From: Gammaproteobacteria bacterium | Lineage (GTDB): Bacteria > Pseudomonadota > Gammaproteobacteria > Steroidobacterales > Steroidobacteraceae | Direction of reading: 5' to 3' | DNA: 50,908 bases | NCBI GenBank assembly: GCA_030831085.1 | Contig: JAURLT010000033.1 | Span: 1-50,908, forward strand | Part shown: positions 16,936-25,751 of the stretch, in pieces | Numbering within the stretch: position 1 is the first letter of the stretch | Layout: the number at the start of each line of letters is the position of its first letter | Notes under the pieces: generated by a model | Databases searched by the model: none | Told to the model about the DNA's origin: nothing | Seen by the model: the letters and a program-made list of their open reading frames with translations, nothing else | Position numbers and translations under genes: made by a program

Positions 16936-18586
16936 GCTGGCTTTACTTCCCGCCGTGTGGTTAATGACTGGGGCGTTGTTGTCTGCTGTGCTGACCGGTC
17001 GAGCCCGGGAAGGGGTGATCCTGCTGGCCCCGCTGCTGGCCCTGTGGGCGGTTTGGCAACTGCCTGACGGCAACCTGTGGTCGATCAGCTACCTGGGCAT
17101 GACGCTCGAGCCCCTGTACGCGGATTCCCTCCGCCGGCTCTTCGCGACGGTGTTCTGCCTGATGGCCTTTACCGGTGCGCTGTTCGCCTTGCGCCAGTCG
17201 GCGGGTCGCGAATTGTCTGCCGCACTCGCCTATGCCGGGGGCGCCTTGGGAGTGTGCTTTGCCGGTGACCTGTTCACCCTGTTCCTGTTCTGGGAAGTCA
17301 TGGCGGTTTTTTCGACGCTGGTGATCTGGTGTGGCGGCGGTGACGGTGCCCGCCAGGCTGGCTTCAGATACGCGGTACTGCACTTTCTGGGTGGCGTAGT
17401 CCTGATGGCCGGCATCATCTGGCTGGGCGTCGAATCCGGGTCGCTGTCCATACGCGTACTGGAGCTGACCCACCCCGCAGCATGGCTGGTGCTTATCGGC
17501 GTGCTGGTCAACGCTGCAGCGCCGCCCTTTAGTGCCTGGGTGGCGGATGCCTATCCGGAGGCAAGCGCAGGCGGCAGCGTTTTCCTTTCGGCGTTCACCA
17601 CCAAGACAGCGGTGCTGGTCCTGATGCTCCTGTTTCCCGGCACTAAATTGCTCATCGGGGTAGGCCTGTTCATGGTGTTCTACGGCATTGTCTACGCGCT
17701 GCTCGAGAACGACATGCGACGCATCCTTGCGTATTCGATCGTCAACCAGGTCGGATTCATGGTCTGCGCCGTCGGCATTGGAACCGGGATGGCCCTGAAC
17801 GGTGCCGCGGCGCATGCCTTTGCCCATATCATCTACAAGGCGCTGCTGCTCATGAGCGCCGGTACGGTGCTCTGGCGAACCGGTCGACGGAAGTGCACCG
17901 ATCTCGGCGGACTGTACCGCTCGATGCCGTTCACCACCGCCTGCGGCATCATCGGCGCTCTCGCTATCTCCGCATTTCCCTTTACCTCTGGCTTCGTCAG
18001 CAAGTCCCTGACCAGCCAGGCGGCTGCTGACCTGTCGATGACCTGGGTCTGGCTGGCACTGACGGCCGCCTCGGCCGGGGTGTTCCTGCATGCGGGCATC
18101 AAGTTTCCGTGGTTTGTGTTCTTCCAGCGTGATTCCGGGCTCAGGCCGGCCGACCCCCCCTGGAATATGCGCCTGGCCATGGGCCTGTTTGCCCTGCTGT
18201 GCATCGTCCTTGGCTGCTTTCCTTCGCTGTTGTACGGTTTGCTGCCGTACCCTGTGGATTACCGCCCCTATACGGCGTCTCACCTCGTCAGCCAATTCCA
18301 GCTGCTGTTGTTTTCCGGTCTGGCCTTCTTTGCCCTGCTGCCAGCCATGCGTCGCACGCTGACCATCACGCTGGATTTCGATTGGCTCTATCGGGTGCCG
18401 CTGCAGCGCGTGGTGCTGGGGGTCGGCCAATTGCTGGAAATCTCGCGGGCGGCAATCGGCCAGGGGATGGTCAGCCTGATTGACCGGTTGCCTTCGCCCG
18501 AGCGGCTGGCACCGGTGACTGCGCCCGCCGGCGGCATGCTTCTGGTGCTGTTGATGGTTCTAATCGCGGGGATGCTGCTGGCCTGA
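16928..18586 (+). CDS. MrpA N-domain/NuoL-like antiporter subunit that lacks the fused MnhB domain (copy 3)
   Basis: The in-frame ATG at 16928 (MTELALLPAV) overlaps the small ORF stop; the track starts at 16874. 552 aa. The AFAHIIYKALLLMSAGTVL block fits a NuoL/MrpA-type subunit. Confidence 0.65.
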   Translation: MTELALLPAVWLMTGALLSAVLTGRAREGVILLAPLLALWAVWQLPDGNLWSISYLGMTLEPLYADSLRRLFATVFCLMAFTGALFALRQSAGRELSAALAYAGGALGVCFAGDLFTLFLFWEVMAVFSTLVIWCGGGDGARQAGFRYAVLHFLGGVVLMAGIIWLGVESGSLSIRVLELTHPAAWLVLIGVLVNAAAPPFSAWVADAYPEASAGGSVFLSAFTTKTAVLVLMLLFPGTKLLIGVGLFMVFYGIVYALLENDMRRILAYSIVNQVGFMVCAVGIGTGMALNGAAAHAFAHIIYKALLLMSAGTVLWRTGRRKCTDLGGLYRSMPFTTACGIIGALAISAFPFTSGFVSKSLTSQAAADLSMTWVWLALTAASAGVFLHAGIKFPWFVFFQRDSGLRPADPPWNMRLAMGLFALLCIVLGCFPSLLYGLLPYPVDYRPYTASHLVSQFQLLLFSGLAFFALLPAMRRTLTITLDFDWLYRVPLQRVVLGVGQLLEISRAAIGQGMVSLIDRLPSPERLAPVTAPAGGMLLVLLMVLIAGMLLA

Positions 18587-18669
18587 CGCTTCCGCGGCGA
18601 TAGCTACCGTTGATGGGCGTGGCAGACTTCCGGGTTGCCGTCAAAAACCGGGCATGCTGAGATGCGTGC

Positions 18670-20754
18670 ATGAAATTTCGCTACGCTGTGTTGCTGATGT
18701 TGGCGTGCCTGCCTCCCGCGTGGCTCGTGCTCGAACCGATTGGCCAGCCACCGCAAGCAGATCCACGTTCATTTATCGGACTGGGTGCAAGCCATGAGGT
18801 CAGGATTCGTCGTGACACCTGGGGCGTACCCCATATCAAGGGCGTGACCTCTGCCGATGCTGCCTTTGGCCTGGCCTACGCGCATTGCGAGGACGACTTC
18901 CAGACCATTGAGGACGTGCTGCTGGCCACCCGCGGCCGACTGGCCGAGGAGGCCGGGCCTGCTGCAGCGGTAGGTGATTATCTGGTTCATCTGCTCGACG
19001 TTCAGGCCACCGTCGAGGCTGGTTTTGAGGCGCTGCCCGCCGACCTGAGGGCCGTGCTGCAGGGCTATGCTGACGGCGTTAATTTCTACGTCGCAAAGAA
19101 TCCCGATCTGGCAAACCCGACCCTGCTGCCTGTGACGGACCGCGACATCGCCGCCGGTTTCGTGTTCAAGACCCCCTTCTTTTACGGCCTGGATCGCGAG
19201 CTGCGTCGCCTGTCCGAGGCGCCGGCGGACCCCTACCCCAAGGGATCCAATGCCGTGGCGCTGGCGCCTTCCCGCTCTGCGGAGGGGGCCACGCGACTGC
19301 TGGTCAACTCGCACCAGCCCTTCGAGGGCCCGGTGGCCTGGTACGAGGCCGTGGTGCAGAGCGACGATGGCTGGCATGTCGCCGGCGGCTTCTTTCCGGG
19401 CTCACCCTTCATGCTGCATGGGCACAACGAGCACCTCGCCTGGGCCAATACGGTCAACGCGCCCGACCTCGTGGATGTCTATCGGCTCGAGGTGGATCCG
19501 GGCGACCCTGAACGCTACCGATTCAATGGAGCATGGAAGCCCTTCGAGAAGCAGCGGGTGGGCATCCGGGTTCGGATCTGGGGGCCGTTTCACTGGACCT
19601 TCCGGCGCGAAGTACTGAAGAGTGTCCACGGCCCGGTGCTGGTCACCGATCACGGCCATTTCGCCTTGCGCTATGCCGGGATGGGGGAGTCGCGCCAGGC
19701 TCTGCAGTACTGGCGCCTGAATCGAGCCGAAAACCTGCAGGAGTGGAAGGAGGCGATGGCCCTGCAAGCGCTGCCCAGCATCAACTACCTGTATGCCGAT
19801 CGAGATGGCAACATCGGCTATGTCTACAACGGGCAGTTCCCGCGGCGGGCGGCGGGCGTGGATTGGTCCACCATCCTGCCTGGCGATCGGCCAGAGCTGG
19901 TCTGGAATGGCTACCTGGACTTCGACGCCGTGCCGCAGATATGGAATCCCGCTTCCGGGCTGCTGTTCAACGCCAACAACACGCCCTTTGTCGCCACGGG
20001 TGGTGACGATGGCCTGAACGAAGAGGACTTCGCCCCGGAGATGGGGATCCAGCAGGACATGACCAATCGGGCCTGGCGCCTGCTGGAAACCTACGGCTCG
20101 GATCCCGCAATCACCGACGATGAGTTTCATCGCTACAAGTACGACCTCACCTACAGCCCCCGCTCGGAAACGGCAGCCGTCGTCCGTGAGGTATTGGCGA
20201 GAAAAGCCGAGGCCGGTCCGAAACTTGCTGCGGAGCTGGACCTGTTGGCCAGCTGGGACCTGAATACCGACCGTGCCAACCGGGCTGCGCCGCTCGGCGT
20301 GCTCGCGGCAACCCACGTCATCAAGGCCCGGGAGGTCGGCAAAGTACCGGATGTCCTGGAGACGCTGGCTGAGGTGTCTGCCACGTTAAGGCGACATCAC
20401 GGACGTATCGATCCGCAATGGGCAGAGGTCAACCGCTTGCGCCGTGGCAGCGTGGATCTGCCGGTGGATGGTGGTCCGGATATCGTGCGGGCCATCTACG
20501 GGGCTGAAGATGAGGACGGCCGCTTGCGCGCTGTGGCGGGTGATACGCTGGTAATGTTCGTCAGCTGGGACCGTCGAGGCGAGCTGTCCAGCGAGGTTGT
20601 TCACCAGTTCGGCAGCGCCACCGGGCGGCCCGAATCACCCCACTATGCCGACCAAGTTCCCTTGTTTGCCGGAATGAAAACGCGCCCCGTACTGTTCACT
20701 GAAGAACAGCTGGCGGGGCGGGTGGCCGAAGACTATCGCCCAGGAGAACGCTAG
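18670..20754 (+). CDS. Penicillin acylase family Ntn-hydrolase (possible AHL acylase)
   Basis: 694 aa with a signal peptide. The RRDTWGVPHIKGVTSADAAFGLAYAHCEDD N-terminal block (GVPHI) and the overall size are typical of the PvdQ/QuiP/PGA family. Confidence 0.7.
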   Translation: MKFRYAVLLMLACLPPAWLVLEPIGQPPQADPRSFIGLGASHEVRIRRDTWGVPHIKGVTSADAAFGLAYAHCEDDFQTIEDVLLATRGRLAEEAGPAAAVGDYLVHLLDVQATVEAGFEALPADLRAVLQGYADGVNFYVAKNPDLANPTLLPVTDRDIAAGFVFKTPFFYGLDRELRRLSEAPADPYPKGSNAVALAPSRSAEGATRLLVNSHQPFEGPVAWYEAVVQSDDGWHVAGGFFPGSPFMLHGHNEHLAWANTVNAPDLVDVYRLEVDPGDPERYRFNGAWKPFEKQRVGIRVRIWGPFHWTFRREVLKSVHGPVLVTDHGHFALRYAGMGESRQALQYWRLNRAENLQEWKEAMALQALPSINYLYADRDGNIGYVYNGQFPRRAAGVDWSTILPGDRPELVWNGYLDFDAVPQIWNPASGLLFNANNTPFVATGGDDGLNEEDFAPEMGIQQDMTNRAWRLLETYGSDPAITDDEFHRYKYDLTYSPRSETAAVVREVLARKAEAGPKLAAELDLLASWDLNTDRANRAAPLGVLAATHVIKAREVGKVPDVLETLAEVSATLRRHHGRIDPQWAEVNRLRRGSVDLPVDGGPDIVRAIYGAEDEDGRLRAVAGDTLVMFVSWDRRGELSSEVVHQFGSATGRPESPHYADQVPLFAGMKTRPVLFTEEQLAGRVAEDYRPGER

Positions 20755-22373
20755 CGATCCAGGTTGGCGATGGTCGCTGTGACGTCGTAGCGTTCCACGT
20801 CGACATCATGGAAGGAGTAGCTGTCACCATCGGTGTCGACCAGCTTGATGTCGAAAATGGGATTACTGTAGCCCTGTAGTGAAAAGCGCATGCTCTCTCC
20901 GTTAGAGAGAATACGGCCCTCCAGCAGGTCATCTTCCCAGGAGCTGGCATTGTCCGGGCTGATGAAAATCTGCCCCAACGGGTATCCCGTATTGTTGGTG
21001 ACAACGACATGCAACTCGCTCAGATTCTGGGCGGCCTGCGCAGCCCTTGCAGAATCCAGCGGCATATTCGTATCCACCGCCGCAGGCATCAGAGTCCCGG
21101 TATCTTCGTAGGCTGGGGATTCACTGGCCATGGCATATGCCTCGACGTCCTGGAAATCCTCATCGTAGCTGGCAGCCGTTGCCCAGTCGTAAACCGAAGA
21201 AGTTCCCCACAAGACCAGCGAGAGCGCCACTGAACCCGCGTAGAGCTTTGGCACCAGTTTCTGTCTTTCCCGAATGGAACTGTATTCCTCCTCTGCCTGG
21301 TTCTTGAGGGAGGAGAAATCCGCCCCACGTCCGGCGGTCTTGATGGCCTCGAGCAGGCCCTGCCGGAAGCGCTGGCTATTTTCCTGGACCCGCTTGCCAA
21401 GGGAGTTGCTAAGGTAATAACCCACTCCGAGGATGGCCGCCGCCACCCATAAGGCCTTGCCAAACACCAGGGCGAGCATGCCGTTCGCGATGCCGGGCAG
21501 CCATGACATGTGCCCAAGCTTGTCGATTTCCGCCTGCCACTGACGTCGTTTGTCGTCCTCCGGACGATAGCCGAAGACCTGTCCAGAGCCGGCGTCCATC
21601 ACGACCTGATAGGTCGTGCCGTCATATTCATAGGTTTGTAGCCAAACCCCGGCGAGGAACGGGGTGCGGTCCTCTACGTCATAGTCAAAGGATACCTTGA
21701 CATTACGGTGGTGCGTGGGCGCTGACTCCATCGCCAGACCGTGTACGTGTGATTCAAGACGGGGATAGCCGCGGGCCATGAAAACTTCGTCGGACTCCAC
21801 CTGCTCGATCGCATGTTCAATGGCGTGATCCTTGACCAGGTCCGGAGAAAACTTGCTCAGTGCCTGGTCCTCGGTAGCCATTTGCAGGTTCCGAAGTAAT
21901 TCCTCGTCGATCCTCTGGGCAAGACAAACATCAAGCGTGCGCCTGCCCTTGAGGTTCCTCTGGAAGGGCTCCCAGGCAATTTCGGTGCGCTTCTGGTTGA
22001 CGTACTGGTTGCCAACCTTGACTCGAACGTAGTGGATTTCCTCGCGCCCAGCGTCGCAGGTCATCGCGCCGTCAAAGGAAAGTTTGTGGCGGTGAAATGG
22101 CGCGTACACGGCGTGGAGATCCTCCTTGACCTCGAAACTGATCAGGAGGTCGTCTGGGGTGAACTCTCCAGCTGCAAGAAACTCCAGGGTCTTTTCCTCG
22201 AATTCCTGACGCCCAAGCTTGATCGGGATCATTGCATTGAAGGTGATCGCTTCCGCATTCGGATCGCTGATTACCATGGTCTGGCCACAGTACGGGCACT
22301 CGGCGCTTGGCACCCCGGCCACAAAATCCAGGTTGCTGCCGCAACCCTTGCAGTTCAGTACGGTAACTTGCAT
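20751..22373 (-). CDS. Zinc-ribbon plus 2-TM protein of unknown function (third gene of the SPFH module)
   Basis: The N-terminal CKGCGSNLDF...ECPYCGQ is a four-Cys zinc ribbon. Two TM helices sit around residues 290-330 and 380-400. The C-terminal domain is uncharacterised. 540 aa. Confidence 0.55.
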   Translation of the reverse strand: MQVTVLNCKGCGSNLDFVAGVPSAECPYCGQTMVISDPNAEAITFNAMIPIKLGRQEFEEKTLEFLAAGEFTPDDLLISFEVKEDLHAVYAPFHRHKLSFDGAMTCDAGREEIHYVRVKVGNQYVNQKRTEIAWEPFQRNLKGRRTLDVCLAQRIDEELLRNLQMATEDQALSKFSPDLVKDHAIEHAIEQVESDEVFMARGYPRLESHVHGLAMESAPTHHRNVKVSFDYDVEDRTPFLAGVWLQTYEYDGTTYQVVMDAGSGQVFGYRPEDDKRRQWQAEIDKLGHMSWLPGIANGMLALVFGKALWVAAAILGVGYYLSNSLGKRVQENSQRFRQGLLEAIKTAGRGADFSSLKNQAEEEYSSIRERQKLVPKLYAGSVALSLVLWGTSSVYDWATAASYDEDFQDVEAYAMASESPAYEDTGTLMPAAVDTNMPLDSARAAQAAQNLSELHVVVTNNTGYPLGQIFISPDNASSWEDDLLEGRILSNGESMRFSLQGYSNPIFDIKLVDTDGDSYSFHDVDVERYDVTATIANLDR

Positions 22374-22388
22374 GTTTTTCTTCCTTGT

Positions 22389-23081
22389 TCAGCCCTTGCT
22401 TCGCGCGGTGCGTAAATGGAGGTCGCGCAGACTCAACAGCCGTAGAATCTTGTTGATTCCGGCCTCAAGTTCTTCCGGACTGCTGTTCACCAGATGGTGG
22501 AGTTCGCCGATCGCTGCAGCAATGTCGGCATTCTGTGGCGTGCCCTCTGCAGAGTCGCTGGGTGCATAGCGGCATTTTTCAGCCAGAGCCAGCAGGGCCG
22601 AGCGCATGCCAGCGTCGCGGGCATGGGCGCTCAGCACCTGTACCTGCTGATACCACTCGAGGTGTGCACTGCGTGGCGCTTCGGTAGTTGTGGCATGAGT
22701 CACGACTTCCTTCACCTTGCCAAGTACCAGCACGCCTATGGCCGTTGCGGCCACCGCGACGATGACCAGTGCCACAGACAGCTTTTCGGCACCTGCGATT
22801 GCGAGGACCAGGGCCAGCAGGGTGATGCCGATCACCACCAGGTTCAGGAAGAAATCGGGTCCCAGCAGCGCCAGCGGTACTGCATCATTGCCTTTGTGCC
22901 GCCCGGTCATGACCGCCAAAAGTCCTCCGACTGCTAACGACCAGGCAAAGGCCAGCGCTACAGCCAGCAGGCTGATGGCAACACTCCACTCCTCAAGCCG
23001 ATCGCCCAGCAGCAGCCAGCCAAGGGCAAGGACGGTGAGTGCGGCAATGGCAGGAATCGCCAACCCGGCTACGCGGTTCAT
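22389..23081 (-). CDS. Four-TM membrane protein of unknown function (middle gene of the SPFH module)
   Basis: The ATG at 23081 gives MNRVAGLAIPAIAALTVL and forms an ATGA overlap with the SPFH gene stop (23078-23080). The track's longer start is at 23102. Confidence 0.5.
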   Translation of the reverse strand: MNRVAGLAIPAIAALTVLALGWLLLGDRLEEWSVAISLLAVALAFAWSLAVGGLLAVMTGRHKGNDAVPLALLGPDFFLNLVVIGITLLALVLAIAGAEKLSVALVIVAVAATAIGVLVLGKVKEVVTHATTTEAPRSAHLEWYQQVQVLSAHARDAGMRSALLALAEKCRYAPSDSAEGTPQNADIAAAIGELHHLVNSSPEELEAGINKILRLLSLRDLHLRTARSKG

Positions 23082-24328
23082 GACGCCACCTCCGTGCCAC
23101 ATTCACCGCAGAACCTGGCGCCCCGGGTGAGCGCCGCGCCGCATTTGGCGCAGGCGGCAACCTGGCCCGACCCGCACTCGGGGCAGAACTTGCTGGAGGC
23201 GGGAATTGCGGCCGCGCACTTGACGCAGGCCTGAGGCATGTCGGCGCCGCACGATCGACAGGTTGAAGCGTCGCTGGCATTGTCGTCCCCGCATTTGGGG
23301 CAGGCGGTGACAGGGTCGGCGCAGTGCGGACAAAACTTGGAGCCACGAGGCATCGATCCCTGGCACTTGTCGCAGGTAATGGTCGGTGCCGGCGGTGGAG
23401 AGCCGGGGCCAGCCCCGCCCCCTTGGCCGGGTCCGCCAGGATTGCCTCCCGGCTGCAGGACAGAGCCAAGTTGGCCCACGCCCTGACCCAGTGGCACCCC
23501 TATGCCAACGCCTAAGCCCATGCCGAGACCGGCGCCCATCACGCCTCCCGCCGTGCCCTCGTTGCCCGCTGCAGTCTGCAGGATGTCGAGGCTACGATCC
23601 TGTTGATAGCTGATGCCCAGCAGGGAGAGTTCCGTCCGTTTGGCGAGGGCGGCTTTAAGCGTCTGCACCGCCGGGTCATCTTCCGGCACGTTGATGGAAT
23701 GAATATTGAACTGGACCAGACTGACGCCGTATTCCGCGAGGTCTGGTTGCAGGCTGTCCTTCAGTAAGCCGGACAGGGTGTTGAGTTCGGTGGAGATCTC
23801 CAGCACCGACTTGCCGTTCTTGATGATGGCGTCGGCGACTGCATTCTTGATCCGTGTCGTGAGCACCCCGCGCATGTAATTGGCGACGGTGGTCGAGTCA
23901 AACTTCGGTAGGGTTCCCACCAGCTTTAGCAGGAAGCGCTTGCTGTCCTCGATCAGGATGCCGTACTGGCCGAACGCCCTGACCGGGCACATGATCTGGA
24001 ACTTGGGATCCTGCAGCTGGATGGGGTCTGGTGTGCCCCAGCGGACGTCGAGGTTGGTGGCCTTGTTGACGTACCAGACCTCGGCGGTGAACGGGGTCTC
24101 GCCGCCAAAGGGTGCGGCAATCAGCCCCCTCAGCAGGGGAATGTTGGCCGTGCTCAGCGTGTGACGACCGGCCAGGAAGGGGCCCTGGTACACGCCTTCC
24201 TTGACCAGGAAGGCTTCCTGGGACTCGCTGACGATCAGCTGCGTCGCCGTAGACAGGTTCTCGGAGCCGAACTTCCAGGCAAGAATATCCGGCGACCCGT
24301 CCCATTTGACGCGGTCAATAATGGCCAT
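23078..24328 (-). CDS. SPFH/band-7 (stomatin/flotillin-like, COG4260 'virion core protein' type) protein with a C-terminal multi-zinc-ribbon tail
   Basis: The N-terminal 250 aa has the SPFH fold (MAIIDRVKWDGSPDILAWKF...). A Gly-rich linker follows. The tail has four CxxC...CxxC ribbons: CDKC..CPHC, CPKC..CRSC, CVKC..CPEC, CAKC..CGEC. Confidence 0.7.
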   Translation of the reverse strand: MAIIDRVKWDGSPDILAWKFGSENLSTATQLIVSESQEAFLVKEGVYQGPFLAGRHTLSTANIPLLRGLIAAPFGGETPFTAEVWYVNKATNLDVRWGTPDPIQLQDPKFQIMCPVRAFGQYGILIEDSKRFLLKLVGTLPKFDSTTVANYMRGVLTTRIKNAVADAIIKNGKSVLEISTELNTLSGLLKDSLQPDLAEYGVSLVQFNIHSINVPEDDPAVQTLKAALAKRTELSLLGISYQQDRSLDILQTAAGNEGTAGGVMGAGLGMGLGVGIGVPLGQGVGQLGSVLQPGGNPGGPGQGGGAGPGSPPPAPTITCDKCQGSMPRGSKFCPHCADPVTACPKCGDDNASDASTCRSCGADMPQACVKCAAAIPASSKFCPECGSGQVAACAKCGAALTRGARFCGECGTEVAS

Positions 24329-24398
24329 CGGTCCCCCTCGGTTAAGTCAAATCGGGGGTGAGTTTAGGCGGACTTTTGGCTCAAAACCAAGAAATCGG

Positions 24399-25721
24399 TC
24401 ACGCCTTGGGCCGCATCGCCAGTTCCACCCAGCGCAGCGGCAGGTAGATCGCCAGTGATCCGGCGAGCCCCAGCAGGGCCGGCACCATCTCTACATGAAT
24501 GGGCCAACCAGGCCTGCCATTCATGGCGGCCAGCAGCCCGCCCCCGACCAGGGCGACCAGCGCGGAAATGTTGGCAGGCGACTGGGCCAGCGGGTCTGCC
24601 AGGCTACGGCCCCGAAACAGGTAGTACTCCGCGATGACCGGGCCAACGATCGGCGGAACGATCATGGCCAGCAGCCCGATCCAGCCCAGGAACATCTGGT
24701 AGATGCCCAGGCCCAGGATGGTGCCCAGCACACCGCAGATGACCACCGTGACCCGTTTGGGTCGACGGAACAGGCTCGCCGTCTGAACGCTCGGCAGGTA
24801 GAGGTTGGTGTCGCCGGTAGTCCAGAGTGCCAGCGTCATGCCGACCAGCCCGAATAATGCCGCGGCCCCAGACAGGCTGGCCAGGTAAGCCGTGAAGTCG
24901 GCGGTGCCGCTGCCGATGACGCCGAGCGCGCCAACCAGGTGCAGTAGCAGCTGGTCCACTACCAGGACCATGAAGGGAATCGCCATGGCCACCGCGAAGC
25001 TGCGGGAAAAGCGCACGTACTCGGCCATCACCACGGCGCCGACGATCCAGGCGCCAACCACGATGTTGACGGCCTCCATGCCACTGATGGGCGACGACGC
25101 TGCCCGCTCGGCTGAGGCCTGCAGAACCCCATCGATACCGCCGAGCTTGTCGATATTCACCCAGGCCGCATAGAGCCCCACGGCCACCAAGATGACCATG
25201 GCCGGAATCCCGACGCGCTCGAGACCCTTGACGCCGAACAGGGTGGTCCCGGTGTAGAGCAGGCCGGCGAAGATGGCTACGCCGTAGTACAGGGCAGTGT
25301 CCGGCGCCTGGGTCCAGATCTGGGCGAAGGCGCCCACCACGATGCCCTGCCAGCCGATGGTCAGGAGCGCAATGAAGATCACCGGCACGTATGCCCCTGC
25401 GCGGCCGTACACCGAGCGGAAGATGAGTGCGCTGTTACAGCCCGTTCGGTAGGCCATGTAGCCCACCAGGGCACCGATGGCGAAGTTGATCGCGTTGCCG
25501 GTGAGCGAGTAGACGATCAGGTCGGGCCAGAGTTTGACGCCGCCGCCGAGGGCGCCGCCCGCCAGCAGGCCGGTGATCAGGAAGCCCCAGCCAAAGGCCA
25601 GTGCGAGCAGCGGCCCCGCGGGCCTTCGTTGCGCCTCGCCGAGGGGGGAGAGCGGATTGTCCGCGCTTTGGAGTTCCTGCTGTTCGTCCAGTTGCCACCA
25701 GCGGCTTAGCCAGTTACTCAT
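24399..25721 (-). CDS. NCS1-family nucleobase:cation symporter (cytosine/purine/allantoin/hydantoin permease, CodB-like)
   Basis: 440 aa with 12 predicted TM helices. The N-terminus resembles CodB. Confidence 0.55.
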   Translation of the reverse strand: MSNWLSRWWQLDEQQELQSADNPLSPLGEAQRRPAGPLLALAFGWGFLITGLLAGGALGGGVKLWPDLIVYSLTGNAINFAIGALVGYMAYRTGCNSALIFRSVYGRAGAYVPVIFIALLTIGWQGIVVGAFAQIWTQAPDTALYYGVAIFAGLLYTGTTLFGVKGLERVGIPAMVILVAVGLYAAWVNIDKLGGIDGVLQASAERAASSPISGMEAVNIVVGAWIVGAVVMAEYVRFSRSFAVAMAIPFMVLVVDQLLLHLVGALGVIGSGTADFTAYLASLSGAAALFGLVGMTLALWTTGDTNLYLPSVQTASLFRRPKRVTVVICGVLGTILGLGIYQMFLGWIGLLAMIVPPIVGPVIAEYYLFRGRSLADPLAQSPANISALVALVGGGLLAAMNGRPGWPIHVEMVPALLGLAGSLAIYLPLRWVELAMRPKA

Positions 25722-25751
25722 GTCTTGCCCCCCGTGTGCGGATCGTTTTTG

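Noticed and set aside
16961-18430. Long antisense ORFs inside well-supported genes. Examples: 489 aa on the minus strand across the NuoL-like gene; 8308-9141 (Q/H/R-rich, 277 aa); 25725-26939 and 27008-28099 on the plus strand across the serine hydrolases; 35510-36541, 37494-38360 and 43256-44281.
   Set aside because: All lie opposite ORFs with clear family motifs, have low-complexity Arg/Gly/Pro/Gln-rich composition typical of out-of-frame reading of 65% GC DNA, and lack RBS or coupling context.
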